A stretch of 63,776 nucleotides of DNA, filler included, from an uncultured bacterium (lineage in GTDB: Bacteria > Latescibacterota > UBA2968), in NCBI GenBank assembly GCA_964471275.1. It is 4 parts of 4 records of this genome, joined end to end, with 100 filler letters (N's around TTAATTAATTAA, not from the genome) between each part and the next. Parts side by side here need not be neighbours in the genome. Positions count along the whole stretch, not along the records: positions 35,731 to 53,334 come from CAYYGZ010000078.1; positions 53,435 to 63,776 come from CAYYGZ010000168.1; 2 more parts are not named here. One strand, given 5' to 3'. Within the stretch, counting starts at the first letter, position 1; every line of letters begins with the position of its first letter. A program made the translations under genes and the position numbers. Shown here one piece after another: positions 46,622 through 55,509 of this stretch. Under the pieces are notes generated by a model that did no database searches, was not told the origin of the DNA, and worked only from the letters and a program-made list of their open reading frames with translations.

Positions 46622-48838
46622 CTACATCCGATCGACCATCATCCTGATCTGCCGGACCTCCTCGGACATCCCGACAACACGCTTGTAGGTTGACAGCGCC
46701 TGCCGCGCCTCTACCGACCGACCCGACGCGATCAGACAGAGCACCTTGTTTCGCAGGGATCGTCTGTGTCGGGAATCCAGCGAGAGCGCCTTGTCGTAGC
46801 ACTCGAGCGCCTCGCGATTCGATCGCCGGAGGACGTGGCTGTCACCCAGGAAACAGTAGTCCCGTGCCGTTGCTCTGACGCGGATGCGGCGCATCAGATC
46901 TGTCTCCCAGGTCTGGCACACCTGATCCAGGCTGTAGTTCCACGTCGAGTCTCGATCGGCGGCAAGCTTGAGAAAGGTCGAAGCCGTTTCGTAGTCTTCT
47001 TCCTCCAGGGCCAACCCCCCCAGACCCGCATAGGCTTCGGCAAGCCCCGTTCCCGTTGCCAGCGAGCGTCTGTAGGCGGCCTCCGCCTCGGACAACCTGC
47101 CGAGACTCAGGTAGTGCATCCCGGCTTCTGCCTGAGCTTCGGGGTCATCTGCCTGGGGTCCAGTGACCAGCTGGTCATACTCACCGTACGCAGAGACCAG
47201 GAGTGGCTCCGCCTGCTCGCCAACCGGAAAATCAGGTCCGAGCTTTGCGATGGCGCGGGCGGTCTGGATCCGGACAGACCGGCTCGGATCCCCCAGCCGG
47301 GGTATCAGGGCAGTACCCATACCTCGGTCGGTGTGATTCCCGATCCCCTCGACCGACCACTTGCGGATCAGGGGATCCGGATCGTCCAGGTAACCTTTCA
47401 GAACATCCTTGACGCGTCGGTCAGGCAGTCCGGCAAGGATCGCGGCCGCTGATGCCCGCCACGCATCACCCAGCCCCCGATCAGCCAGAATCGTCGCAAG
47501 TGACTCCAGAGCCTGCGGATTTCCCTGACGTCCCTCGTGGATGGCCATTACACGATTGATGCGTTCTGAACGGCCAATCGATTCTCCCCACCACTTCTGC
47601 ACCCACTCCGCCGACCAGCTTGTTCCCTTCGAGGGGTGACAGCTGTCGCACGCGTTCGGGATTCCAAGACGTTCGGTCAGCTCTGGGGTTGGAGAGGCGA
47701 TCCGGTGATCATAAACGCCGATCCTGGCAACTTCTTCCATACGCGGCATATGGCAGTCGACACACCCGACGGTCTTGTGATTTCCGTGATCCGGACCGAA
47801 CCCGACGTGACACGAGGGACAGGATCGGTCGTAATCTCTTCCGGACACAGATTGCAGGGCGGTTCGCGGGCCCAGGTGGTGAGAGTCGTGACACCCGAGA
47901 CAGGTCAAACCTCCCTTCGAAAAACAGGGGCTCAGCGTAAAACCGAGCGTGTTGTAGTTCAGCTCCCGATACCGACCGTTCGGCCAGAAAGCGCCGTCAT
48001 CGAGTAGCTCGATTTCATAATAATCCGAGAACGTGCCGCCCGGCGAGAACCCCTCTGCCAGAACACGCTTCTTCGCGTGGCACTGGGCACAGGCCTCGAC
48101 AGACTGCTTCGGGCTCAGAAGCCCGATGTTGACCAGCGAGGTGTCGATCGCCGTGGCCGAGTGCGGGGATTCCCAGAAGGCGATGTGTGTGGAGCCGGGA
48201 CCGTGGCAACTCTCGCAGTTGATGCTCAGATCCGTCCACTGCGTGTCGTATTCCCCCGTCCCCATGTCGTATCCCTTACGCAGTTGACTGGCATGACAGT
48301 CGAAACACTGTGCGTTCCACGTCCGTCCGAAATTTGTCCAAAAGTTGATGTGATTGGGTGGAAACGCGTCTTCCTGTCTGAACAGGCTTTCCCCGGGATC
48401 AAACCACTCGTGCTCCCGTACGTCCCAGTAGGCGGGTAAAATCTGGATCCGGCCTCCGGGCAGTGTCGTCAGATACCACTGGGTGTCCCGATCGCCGATT
48501 ACGTAGTCGACCGGGTAAGCGACCCGGCCACCATGACCACTCTCCGTTTCCACAAAGAAGGAATCGTCTCGTGCAAACATACGCGACGTTAGCCACCCGA
48601 ACGCAAGGCGATTCGATCCCGTAAAGTCTCCCTTTACGGTCGCTCTGGATGGAAGCTGCATCGACCGGCTATGGAAAGAGGCAGTCCACTCGCTGAAGGC
48701 CTCTGGATGGCAGGACCGACACGCCGATGCCCCTACATATTCGGGTGGCGAGTCGACCTCGATAGTGGACGTGTCCCGTTGAGTACAGCCGAAACCGAGA
48801 CCGATCGCCAGGAGGGCAACCGACACGGCCGACCGCAT
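46622..48838 (-). CDS. Octaheme c-type cytochrome lipoprotein with HEAT and TPR repeats
   Basis: Eight CxxCH (CRSCH, CFDCH, CESCH, CAQCH, CLGCH, CPSCH, CVDCH, CDSCH); LGFGC lipobox; DPDPLIR and DPSRSVR HEAT repeats; C-terminal TPRs. Confidence 0.88.
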   Translation of the reverse strand: MRSAVSVALLAIGLGFGCTQRDTSTIEVDSPPEYVGASACRSCHPEAFSEWTASFHSRSMQLPSRATVKGDFTGSNRLAFGWLTSRMFARDDSFFVETESGHGGRVAYPVDYVIGDRDTQWYLTTLPGGRIQILPAYWDVREHEWFDPGESLFRQEDAFPPNHINFWTNFGRTWNAQCFDCHASQLRKGYDMGTGEYDTQWTDLSINCESCHGPGSTHIAFWESPHSATAIDTSLVNIGLLSPKQSVEACAQCHAKKRVLAEGFSPGGTFSDYYEIELLDDGAFWPNGRYRELNYNTLGFTLSPCFSKGGLTCLGCHDSHHLGPRTALQSVSGRDYDRSCPSCHVGFGPDHGNHKTVGCVDCHMPRMEEVARIGVYDHRIASPTPELTERLGIPNACDSCHPSKGTSWSAEWVQKWWGESIGRSERINRVMAIHEGRQGNPQALESLATILADRGLGDAWRASAAAILAGLPDRRVKDVLKGYLDDPDPLIRKWSVEGIGNHTDRGMGTALIPRLGDPSRSVRIQTARAIAKLGPDFPVGEQAEPLLVSAYGEYDQLVTGPQADDPEAQAEAGMHYLSLGRLSEAEAAYRRSLATGTGLAEAYAGLGGLALEEEDYETASTFLKLAADRDSTWNYSLDQVCQTWETDLMRRIRVRATARDYCFLGDSHVLRRSNREALECYDKALSLDSRHRRSLRNKVLCLIASGRSVEARQALSTYKRVVGMSEEVRQIRMMVDRM

Positions 48839-49144
48839 GCCTGTATTCTGCACTGAATCCCCCCGGCAGTGAACAGTCACGAATCTGCTACGATAGCCTA
48901 GACTACGCCGTCCGGCACGGCCGATCAACCCCTACCCGAGCCGATTACACCTTTCTGATTGCAAACAATATGATATTACTACCTATCAACAGTGACGTCG
49001 CCAGATCATTTTCCTGGAGCAAGAATCGGCTGGACACAACCCTATCTTTGGGTCTACTTACAAAGATGTCCTCCCCTGCAACGAGGGCACTCACGCCGGG
49101 AACCTTCCACAGGTCTCAAATCGAGGACCAGTCAGGAAAACACT

Positions 49145-50824
49145 ATCGCATCACGTGTGCTGTTGTCATCCGTCTGCAAGCCGATCGGCCCGTCCGTCGG
49201 TGATGCCGAGTCCGTCGGCTATGAGCTCCTTCACGGCCAGGTAACTCGAGCCCAACACATCTACTCGCCCCGAGTCGTCCACGTCCAGTATGCCTTGGAC
49301 TACATCGCGGAGAATCTCGACACCCCCACCGTTGTCCTTCACTACCCATCCAGGCGAACGTTCCTCAAGGAGATCCGCAAGGGATACGATGTCATCGGCA
49401 TCAGCTTTGCGCTCTCTACGTCGCATCACGCAATCGCGATGTGTCGCCTGATCCGCGAGAATGCACCATCAACGCGGATCGTGCTGGGAGGCTACGGCAC
49501 AGTGATGTCGGACGATGAGCTGGAACCGTACTGTGACGCGATCTGCAGGGAAGAGGGTGTCGGTTTCATGCGGAACTATCTCGACGAACCGCCGCTGGCC
49601 GTCGAGCAGTATCACCACCCCGATATCCGCAGCCGGTTACGGCTCTTCGGCGTGCCGATCGGACACACGGCGATGGTCTTCGCAGGGCTGGGATGCCCAA
49701 ACGGCTGCGATTTCTGCTGCACTTCTCACTTCTTCAAGCGAAAGCACATCCGTCTGCTCCCTTCAGGCGACGATATCTTTGATGTAATGAAGCAGACCCA
49801 GCAAGCGCACAGCCGGATCGCCTATACCATCCTAGATGAAGACTTTCTACTCAACAAGAAGCGTGCGGTGGAATTCCTCGAACGTTGCCGAGACACCGGC
49901 ATAACGTTCTCCACCTTCTGTTTTGCGTCCGTGAAGGCGTTGAGTCAGTATGAAATGGAAGAGCTCCACGAGATGGGGATCGACGGCGTCTGGATCGGAT
50001 ACGAGGGAAAGGAATCCGGTTACTCCAAGCACGACGGGAACGACATCGACGAGCTGATCCGCGATCTGCAGGCAAACGGCATCAACGTTCTGGCCTCGAT
50101 GATCCTGGGCATTCCCTACCAGACCGACGAGATCACCGAGAGGGAATTCCAGGGCCTGATGGCAAACCGCCCCGCGCTCTGTCAGTTCCTGATCTACGGT
50201 CCGACACCCGGCACGCCCTTCTACGAAAACGTGATGGCAGACGACCTACTGCACGAAGATCTGCAGAACGACCGGATGGCCTACTACCGGCAGTGCACGG
50301 GTTTCTCCGCGATGGTCAAGCATCCCTTCCTGAGACGGGCCGAGATCGAGGACATGCAGACTGACCTCTACCGGCGGGATTTCGAGATACTTGGACCCTC
50401 CGTACTGCGCGTAGGAGAAATCAAGCTGAGCGGCTGGCTGAAGCTGAAATCGCACAAGAATCCGCTTCTGCGAGAGCGAGCGAAGGATTTCAGACTCAAA
50501 GCTGCCTCGACACTAGCGGTCCTGCCCAGCGCGATATTTGGCCCCAAGGTCACCTTCCGGAACCGGATCCACCTGACCAAGCTCTTCTGGAACATCTTCA
50601 GGAACGTCTCGTTCACTCAGAAAGCGTTCGCCCTTGCCGCACCGCTTATGGGTCTGTTCGCCGCCGCATCATGGGTGAAGATCGCCCTTGGCATCGAGAA
50701 TCACCCGGTGACGCGCGTGCACATCTACCACGGACGACCGAAGCAGGCGGCCGCGGTGAAGAAGCTGAGAGTGTTCCCGAGAAAGACGGTCAAAAAACCG
50801 CGTAGTCAGGGCGAATTGGTGTAG
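49145..50824 (+). CDS. Cobalamin-binding radical SAM protein
   Basis: DVIGIS...IVLGGYG B12-binding domain, GCPNGCDFC, DEDF, IGYE, PTPGTPFY; start uncertain (ORF track 48992; AGGA precedes ATC 49145). Confidence 0.88.
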   Translation: MASRVLLSSVCKPIGPSVGDAESVGYELLHGQVTRAQHIYSPRVVHVQYALDYIAENLDTPTVVLHYPSRRTFLKEIRKGYDVIGISFALSTSHHAIAMCRLIRENAPSTRIVLGGYGTVMSDDELEPYCDAICREEGVGFMRNYLDEPPLAVEQYHHPDIRSRLRLFGVPIGHTAMVFAGLGCPNGCDFCCTSHFFKRKHIRLLPSGDDIFDVMKQTQQAHSRIAYTILDEDFLLNKKRAVEFLERCRDTGITFSTFCFASVKALSQYEMEELHEMGIDGVWIGYEGKESGYSKHDGNDIDELIRDLQANGINVLASMILGIPYQTDEITEREFQGLMANRPALCQFLIYGPTPGTPFYENVMADDLLHEDLQNDRMAYYRQCTGFSAMVKHPFLRRAEIEDMQTDLYRRDFEILGPSVLRVGEIKLSGWLKLKSHKNPLLRERAKDFRLKAASTLAVLPSAIFGPKVTFRNRIHLTKLFWNIFRNVSFTQKAFALAAPLMGLFAAASWVKIALGIENHPVTRVHIYHGRPKQAAAVKKLRVFPRKTVKKPRSQGELV

Positions 50825-51127
50825 TTCCCGAAGCGGTGGGGCGCAATTCTGCGCGCGGAACGCCAAGAATCAAGATGATCATCGGCCTCCCCGGCTCTGC
50901 TGGGGGGGCCGATCCGATTCTAGCCCTGATGGAGAGCCGCCATACGGCGTTCGGGGACCTCCGATCGTCTTCCAGACCCCCTGAAGAGCACAACCAGAAA
51001 GCCAATACTGTCCCAATCACCCATTTCTGCCGATATAGTTAGGGGGGAAGCGCCTCATCAGGCATTTCCGTATATTCTATTTGATCTGTTCTCACCACCC
51101 CTTGGACCGTACTTTCAGGAGATCGCC

Positions 51128-52141
51128 GTGGCAGAAGAAGATGGAGACGAACTATCCGCCGGTACAAAAGTAGCGATTCTGATGATCTCGCTGGGTCAGG
51201 AAACCACCGCTGAGGTGATGAAGTATCTGACTGACATCGAGATCGAGAGTATCGCCCAGAACATCGCCGAACTCGAAGTCGTCACGACCGAGCAGGAAGA
51301 TGAGGTCCTCGAGGAATTCGAGCAGATGTTGATTGCGGGGCAGTATGTCTCGCAGGGCGGAATCGACTTCGCCCGCGGCGCCCTGGAAAAGGCGATGGGT
51401 CCACGCAAGGCCCAGGCGCTTCTAGATCGTGTCTCGTCAACGACGACGAGCGGTTTCTACATGATGCGGAACGTCGATCCGAACCAGATTATACCGTTTA
51501 TCAGCAAGGAACATCCACAGACGATCGCCCTGATCCTCTCCCAGCTGGAGTCGACACAGGCCGCCGGTGTTGTGAACGGTCTGTCGGAAGAGCTTCAGGC
51601 GGATGTGTCCTACCGGATCGCCACGATGGAGAGCATTTCACCGCAAGTCCTTCGCGAACTCGAAGACAGTCTGGCCGAAAACCTGCAGACGATCCTCTCC
51701 GGTCAGGTAACAGAGATCGGCGGTCCGAAAGCGGTCGCCGAGATTCTCAACAGCACCGGTCGATCGACGGAGAAAGCGGTTCTCGAGCGGCTGGATGCCC
51801 AGGATCCTGAGCTCGCCGAGGACGTTCGCAACCAGATGTTCGTCTTCGATGACATCGCGAACCTGACCGATCGCGAAATCCAGCTGATCCTGAGGGAAGT
51901 GGATTCCAAGGATCTCTCGACAGCCCTGAAGGGCGCCAACGACGAAATGAAAGATCGCATCTTCGGAAACGTGTCCGAGCGTGTCGGTACGATGATGAAG
52001 GAAGAAATGGATTTCTCGGGACCTGTTCGCATGAGCGATGTCGAAGAGGTGCAGCTGCGGATCGTGCAGACGGTGCGACAGCTCGAAGAAGCGGGACAGA
52101 TCACGATCGTAAGAGGCGACAGCAACGATCAGTTTGTGTAA
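51128..52141 (+). CDS. fliG: Flagellar motor switch protein FliG (stand-alone)
   Basis: KVAILMISLG, GGIDFAR, EHPQTIALILS, GGPKAVAEILN, MFVFDD, ALKGA, GPVRMSDVE; CAGGAG RBS. Confidence 0.96.
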   Translation: MAEEDGDELSAGTKVAILMISLGQETTAEVMKYLTDIEIESIAQNIAELEVVTTEQEDEVLEEFEQMLIAGQYVSQGGIDFARGALEKAMGPRKAQALLDRVSSTTTSGFYMMRNVDPNQIIPFISKEHPQTIALILSQLESTQAAGVVNGLSEELQADVSYRIATMESISPQVLRELEDSLAENLQTILSGQVTEIGGPKAVAEILNSTGRSTEKAVLERLDAQDPELAEDVRNQMFVFDDIANLTDREIQLILREVDSKDLSTALKGANDEMKDRIFGNVSERVGTMMKEEMDFSGPVRMSDVEEVQLRIVQTVRQLEEAGQITIVRGDSNDQFV

Positions 52142-52174
52142 CGCCTGCCGCCGTCCCATAGGCAATCAACGAAT

Positions 52175-52203
52175 GCGGATGACCCGGTGGTCGTCCGTTT
52201 TTT
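52175..52203 (+). terminator. Intrinsic terminator after fliG
   Basis: GCGGATGAC-ccggtg-GTCGTCCGT followed by T-run. Confidence 0.75.
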
Positions 52204-52653
52204 CGTGTACGCAACGTCTACCTTTCCCTCCCGAACTCGCTCACAGAACGATTGATCTGGGGTAATGTTCAGACTTGGGATTTCCTGAATATCAGAATTG
52301 AGGGATACGCAGTTGGTGTCGGGCGGGGTGATGAGAACACGATTACACAGGGACGTAGTCACACACAGAAACAGCTTCGCGACTCCCATTCCGTTTAGTC
52401 GGCCGGACGCAGACGATGCGCTCTGACCCCCACTCGGTAGATGGCTTTCTCCTTGCATTCCTTTTCTGCCTGTCGTTCGGCTCAACTTCGTTGTGCGACG
52501 ACAGGCCCCCCTGACCGGCCCCCATTAGTGTATCCACATCCAGAGTTAGAATGCGGTTGCTGGTAGCGACCCCGAGACCGTTTCAGGTGCCGGTGGTTTG
52601 TAGCTCAATTCACTTGGCGAAGCTATCGGGGATCTCTATTGATTGTTTGATTC

Positions 52654-53334
52654 TCAACCGCACGCAAACCAATCCTCATATCCCAGCTTTATCAGATTGC
52701 CCCGGCTGATGGCCACACAATCAAACGGATCGCGTCCGTACACATCGTCTTGCTCTACCAGGAAGAATTCGCTTCCGCATTCCAGGCCGGTATCGATGAT
52801 CTCTCTGATCGGCAGGTTACCCTCGCCGACTTCTGCAAACTTCACCGCGTCGTTGAATGCAGAAACGACTTTCTCGAAGCTCATTTCACCGGCCAGCAAT
52901 GAGAGGTCAAGTTTGATCTGGTAGTCTTTCAAGTGAAGAAGCTTGATACGACCCTCGAATTGCCGGATGTAGGTCAATGGATTTTCGCCTCCTCGCTGAA
53001 TCCAGTACACATCCAACTCGAATCCAAGGCGCTTGGTGCTGTCCTTGATGATATCCATCAGATACTGGCCGCCATACTTCTCGAACTCGTGGTGGTGATT
53101 GTGGTAGTAGAGCTCGATGTCGTGTTCGGCCAGCCGTTCTGCCATTTCGTCTGCTCTGGAGACAAAATCAAGCGCTTTCTCCCGGTTACCCAAGTATGCG
53201 AAGGGAAGCATCGGGATGCGCAACAGGTTAGTACCTAGCGTTTTGCAGTCATCGACAATCTTGGAGAAATCAGTAGCCAGAGATTCCCCACCGCGCGGCA
53301 AAGGTTCTAGTCCCGCCGAACAAGCCGCAACTTT
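52654..53334 (-). CDS. Sugar phosphate isomerase/epimerase (5' part lost at gap)
   Basis: YYHNHHHEF, ELDVYW.QRGG, HLKDY, FAEVGEGNL, VEQD. Confidence 0.88.
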   Translation of the reverse strand, partial: KVAACSAGLEPLPRGGESLATDFSKIVDDCKTLGTNLLRIPMLPFAYLGNREKALDFVSRADEMAERLAEHDIELYYHNHHHEFEKYGGQYLMDIIKDSTKRLGFELDVYWIQRGGENPLTYIRQFEGRIKLLHLKDYQIKLDLSLLAGEMSFEKVVSAFNDAVKFAEVGEGNLPIREIIDTGLECGSEFFLVEQDDVYGRDPFDCVAISRGNLIKLGYEDWFACG

Positions 53335-53434
53335 NNNNNNNNNNNNNNNNNNNNNNNNNNNNNNNNNNNNNNNNNNNNTTAATTAATTAANNNNNNNNNN
53401 NNNNNNNNNNNNNNNNNNNNNNNNNNNNNNNNNN
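53335..53434. other. Artificial contig-joining spacer
   Basis: N44-TTAATTAATTAA-N44. Confidence 0.99.
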
Positions 53435-53605
53435 TAGGCGAGCCTCATTTCCCAGGGAACAAGGTCCTAACCTGTTAACACTATTCTGAAACAGTACAGG
53501 TGGCAGCTCGACCCTCCCCCCTGGCAATTGATACTACATTGTCCTGCGCGCAACAGCATAACACAATACAATTGTGTATAAGTCGTTATTTTTTAATCAT
53601 TTCCG

Positions 53606-53632
53606 TTAAGCAATTTCCGTCGACGCCGATGT
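53606..53632 (+). promoter_or_regulatory. sigma28-type promoter upstream of flgM-like gene
   Basis: TTAAG-N14-GCCGATGT in an AT-rich region. Confidence 0.6.
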
Positions 53633-53764
53633 ATTAAACGTAGCAAGTCGGAACTAATACGAACGAGCTGGGTCGGGCGGAAGTCGAGGTGATCTCGCCC
53701 GCGCATAGATGACATACGCAGCATCCAGGATGGATCGAGATCTTACTCATCAGACGGGATTGAG

Positions 53765-53965
53765 ATGAATTCAAGCGTCAGGTTCAAGCCACTACCACCA
53801 GGGCCAGAAGAGCCCAAGGAGACTCGCGCCGAGAAACTCCGGCGCGTGAGAGAGCAAGTCGAGAACGGACACTATGCCGACAGAGATGTACTCAAGGACG
53901 TGGCTGACGCGCTGATCATGAATCCCGCTCCGTTCGAGGCCCTGAACGAAAAAGATGAAGAGTGA
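53765..53965 (+). CDS. flgM: Short FlgM-like anti-sigma28 factor (C-terminal domain only)
   Basis: TRAEKLRRVREQVENGHY....VLKDVADALI matches the FlgM core R.eKv..lk..I..G.Y.....iA..li; sigma28 promoter upstream, terminator downstream. Confidence 0.65.
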   Translation: MNSSVRFKPLPPGPEEPKETRAEKLRRVREQVENGHYADRDVLKDVADALIMNPAPFEALNEKDEE

Positions 53966-53990
53966 CCCCGATTCTGATCCGTGGGATTTG

Positions 53991-54029
53991 AGGCCGGTGC
54001 TCCTGGGGAGCGCCGGCCCTTTTTCTTTT
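53991..54029 (+). terminator. Intrinsic terminator after flgM-like gene
   Basis: GGCCGGTGCTCC / GGAGCGCCGGCC stem followed by T-rich tail. Confidence 0.85.
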
Positions 54030-54414
54030 CCGACACCGTTACGGCACAGGGAAGTCCGCTGTTCTGCCCAGGGCAGGCCGGTCAGACACACCGATCGGTG
54101 ACTGCCGTACCAGCATAGTGATCGAGGATTGAAGCACGAGGCCTTGCGAAGATCCGGTTTCTCCGTGTTCGAGATCACGTAACTTGCTTTGTTTTAATGG
54201 CTTCCAGTTGACACATTTTCCGAGAGCCTTCATCTTTATCCAGCCGCCTGTGCAGCGTGTGACCTGGAGACTCTCAGGTCCACGGCCGGTGGTTGATGTC
54301 GGCCCAGGCGCGGATCTACCGTCTCGATCTCAAGCTGGACGGGTGAGAGAAAATCGAGGCGAGTGATTCTGTCGTGCGTGCCTATTTCAATCCCCTATCC
54401 GAGGACTCTCTCAC

Positions 54415-55386
54415 GTGAATGGCGTGCTCGAAGTCGAACATCTCAAGGCTGAACCTGGTACGGCCAAGCACGGCTATCTCTCGGTTACCGAGATGCGTGA
54501 CGGAACACCGACACAGATACCAATCGCCTTGTTAAACGGGGCCGAGGATGGTCCCGCGCTCTATTTGCAAGCGATCAGTGACGGGGATGAGCTCAATGGT
54601 CTCGCCGTGATTCGGCGGATTCTTGCCCGACTGAATCTGAAGCATCTTCGTGGCTGCGTCATTGCGGTCCCCATCGTGAACGTTCACGCTTTCCACGCCC
54701 ACCAGGCATTCAGCCCGATCGACAACAAGAAGATGAATCGCTGCTTTCCAGGACGTCAGGATGGCACCTCGAGCGAGCGTATTGCGTATCGGTTGTTTCA
54801 GAATGCAGTTCTACAATCGGACTACGTCATCGATTTGCACCAGGGCGGCATTCGGCCGATGATCGACGAGGTCCGCGTCCGGGTTGATCGCCGCAAGCGG
54901 ATTCATCGTGCCTGCATGGACTTGGCGCGCGTGTTTGGCATTGGGTACATCCTCGATGCGCGCGGTCCGGAAGGTCAGCTGGCACGGTGTGCGCCTGACG
55001 AGGGGATTCCCACGATCGATCCCGAACTGGGCGGATGCATCGGTTGGGAGGAAGAGAGCATCCGTAAAGGTGTGACGGGGGTCGAGAATGTGATGAAGAT
55101 GCTTGAGATGGTCGAGGGTAAGCCCTCAATCCCCGATCGCCAGACCGTTGTAGACGGGTTTCTCACGCTCCTTTCGAACCGAGGGGGGATCGTTGAATAT
55201 CGCACCCAGCTCTACGAGGTGCTTCAGAAGGGCGATCCCGTCGCCGACATCACCGATCCGCTTGGTGAAGTACTTGAGACACTGGTGGCACCCGAGGAGT
55301 CCGTTGTCTGGTCGAGAGCCCTGCGTCCGATGGTTGCCACAGGTGAAGTGGTCGGGACACTCGGGAAGAATATTCGGCACATCTGA
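54415..55386 (+). CDS. Succinylglutamate desuccinylase/aspartoacylase (M14) family protein
   Basis: DGDELNG (usually HGDE), MNRCFPG...GTSSERIA, IDLHQG, PELGG. Confidence 0.88.
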   Translation: MNGVLEVEHLKAEPGTAKHGYLSVTEMRDGTPTQIPIALLNGAEDGPALYLQAISDGDELNGLAVIRRILARLNLKHLRGCVIAVPIVNVHAFHAHQAFSPIDNKKMNRCFPGRQDGTSSERIAYRLFQNAVLQSDYVIDLHQGGIRPMIDEVRVRVDRRKRIHRACMDLARVFGIGYILDARGPEGQLARCAPDEGIPTIDPELGGCIGWEEESIRKGVTGVENVMKMLEMVEGKPSIPDRQTVVDGFLTLLSNRGGIVEYRTQLYEVLQKGDPVADITDPLGEVLETLVAPEESVVWSRALRPMVATGEVVGTLGKNIRHI

Positions 55387-55509
55387 GAGGCGGGTGTGGG
55401 GTGTGGCGTGTCGGGGGTGGGATTCATCACCAAATGAGCGCTCGTCGTCCCCCAATCCGATTTCCAAACGGATGTGAGAAGCATTTGAACTCCCATCCCC
55501 CATACCCAG

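Noticed and set aside
17770..53434. Recurrent TTAATTAATTAA within N-runs as a biological repeat
   Set aside because: Identical 100-nt artificial linkers joining contigs
51128..53965. fliG and flgM-like genes as a physical flagellar cluster
   Set aside because: They are separated by a contig spacer, so proximity is an artefact of concatenation
54261..54280. GACCTGGAGACTCTCAGGTC as a glycine riboswitch
   Set aside because: Only GGAGA and CTCTCAGG are present, without the intervening CCGAAG helices; just a short hairpin
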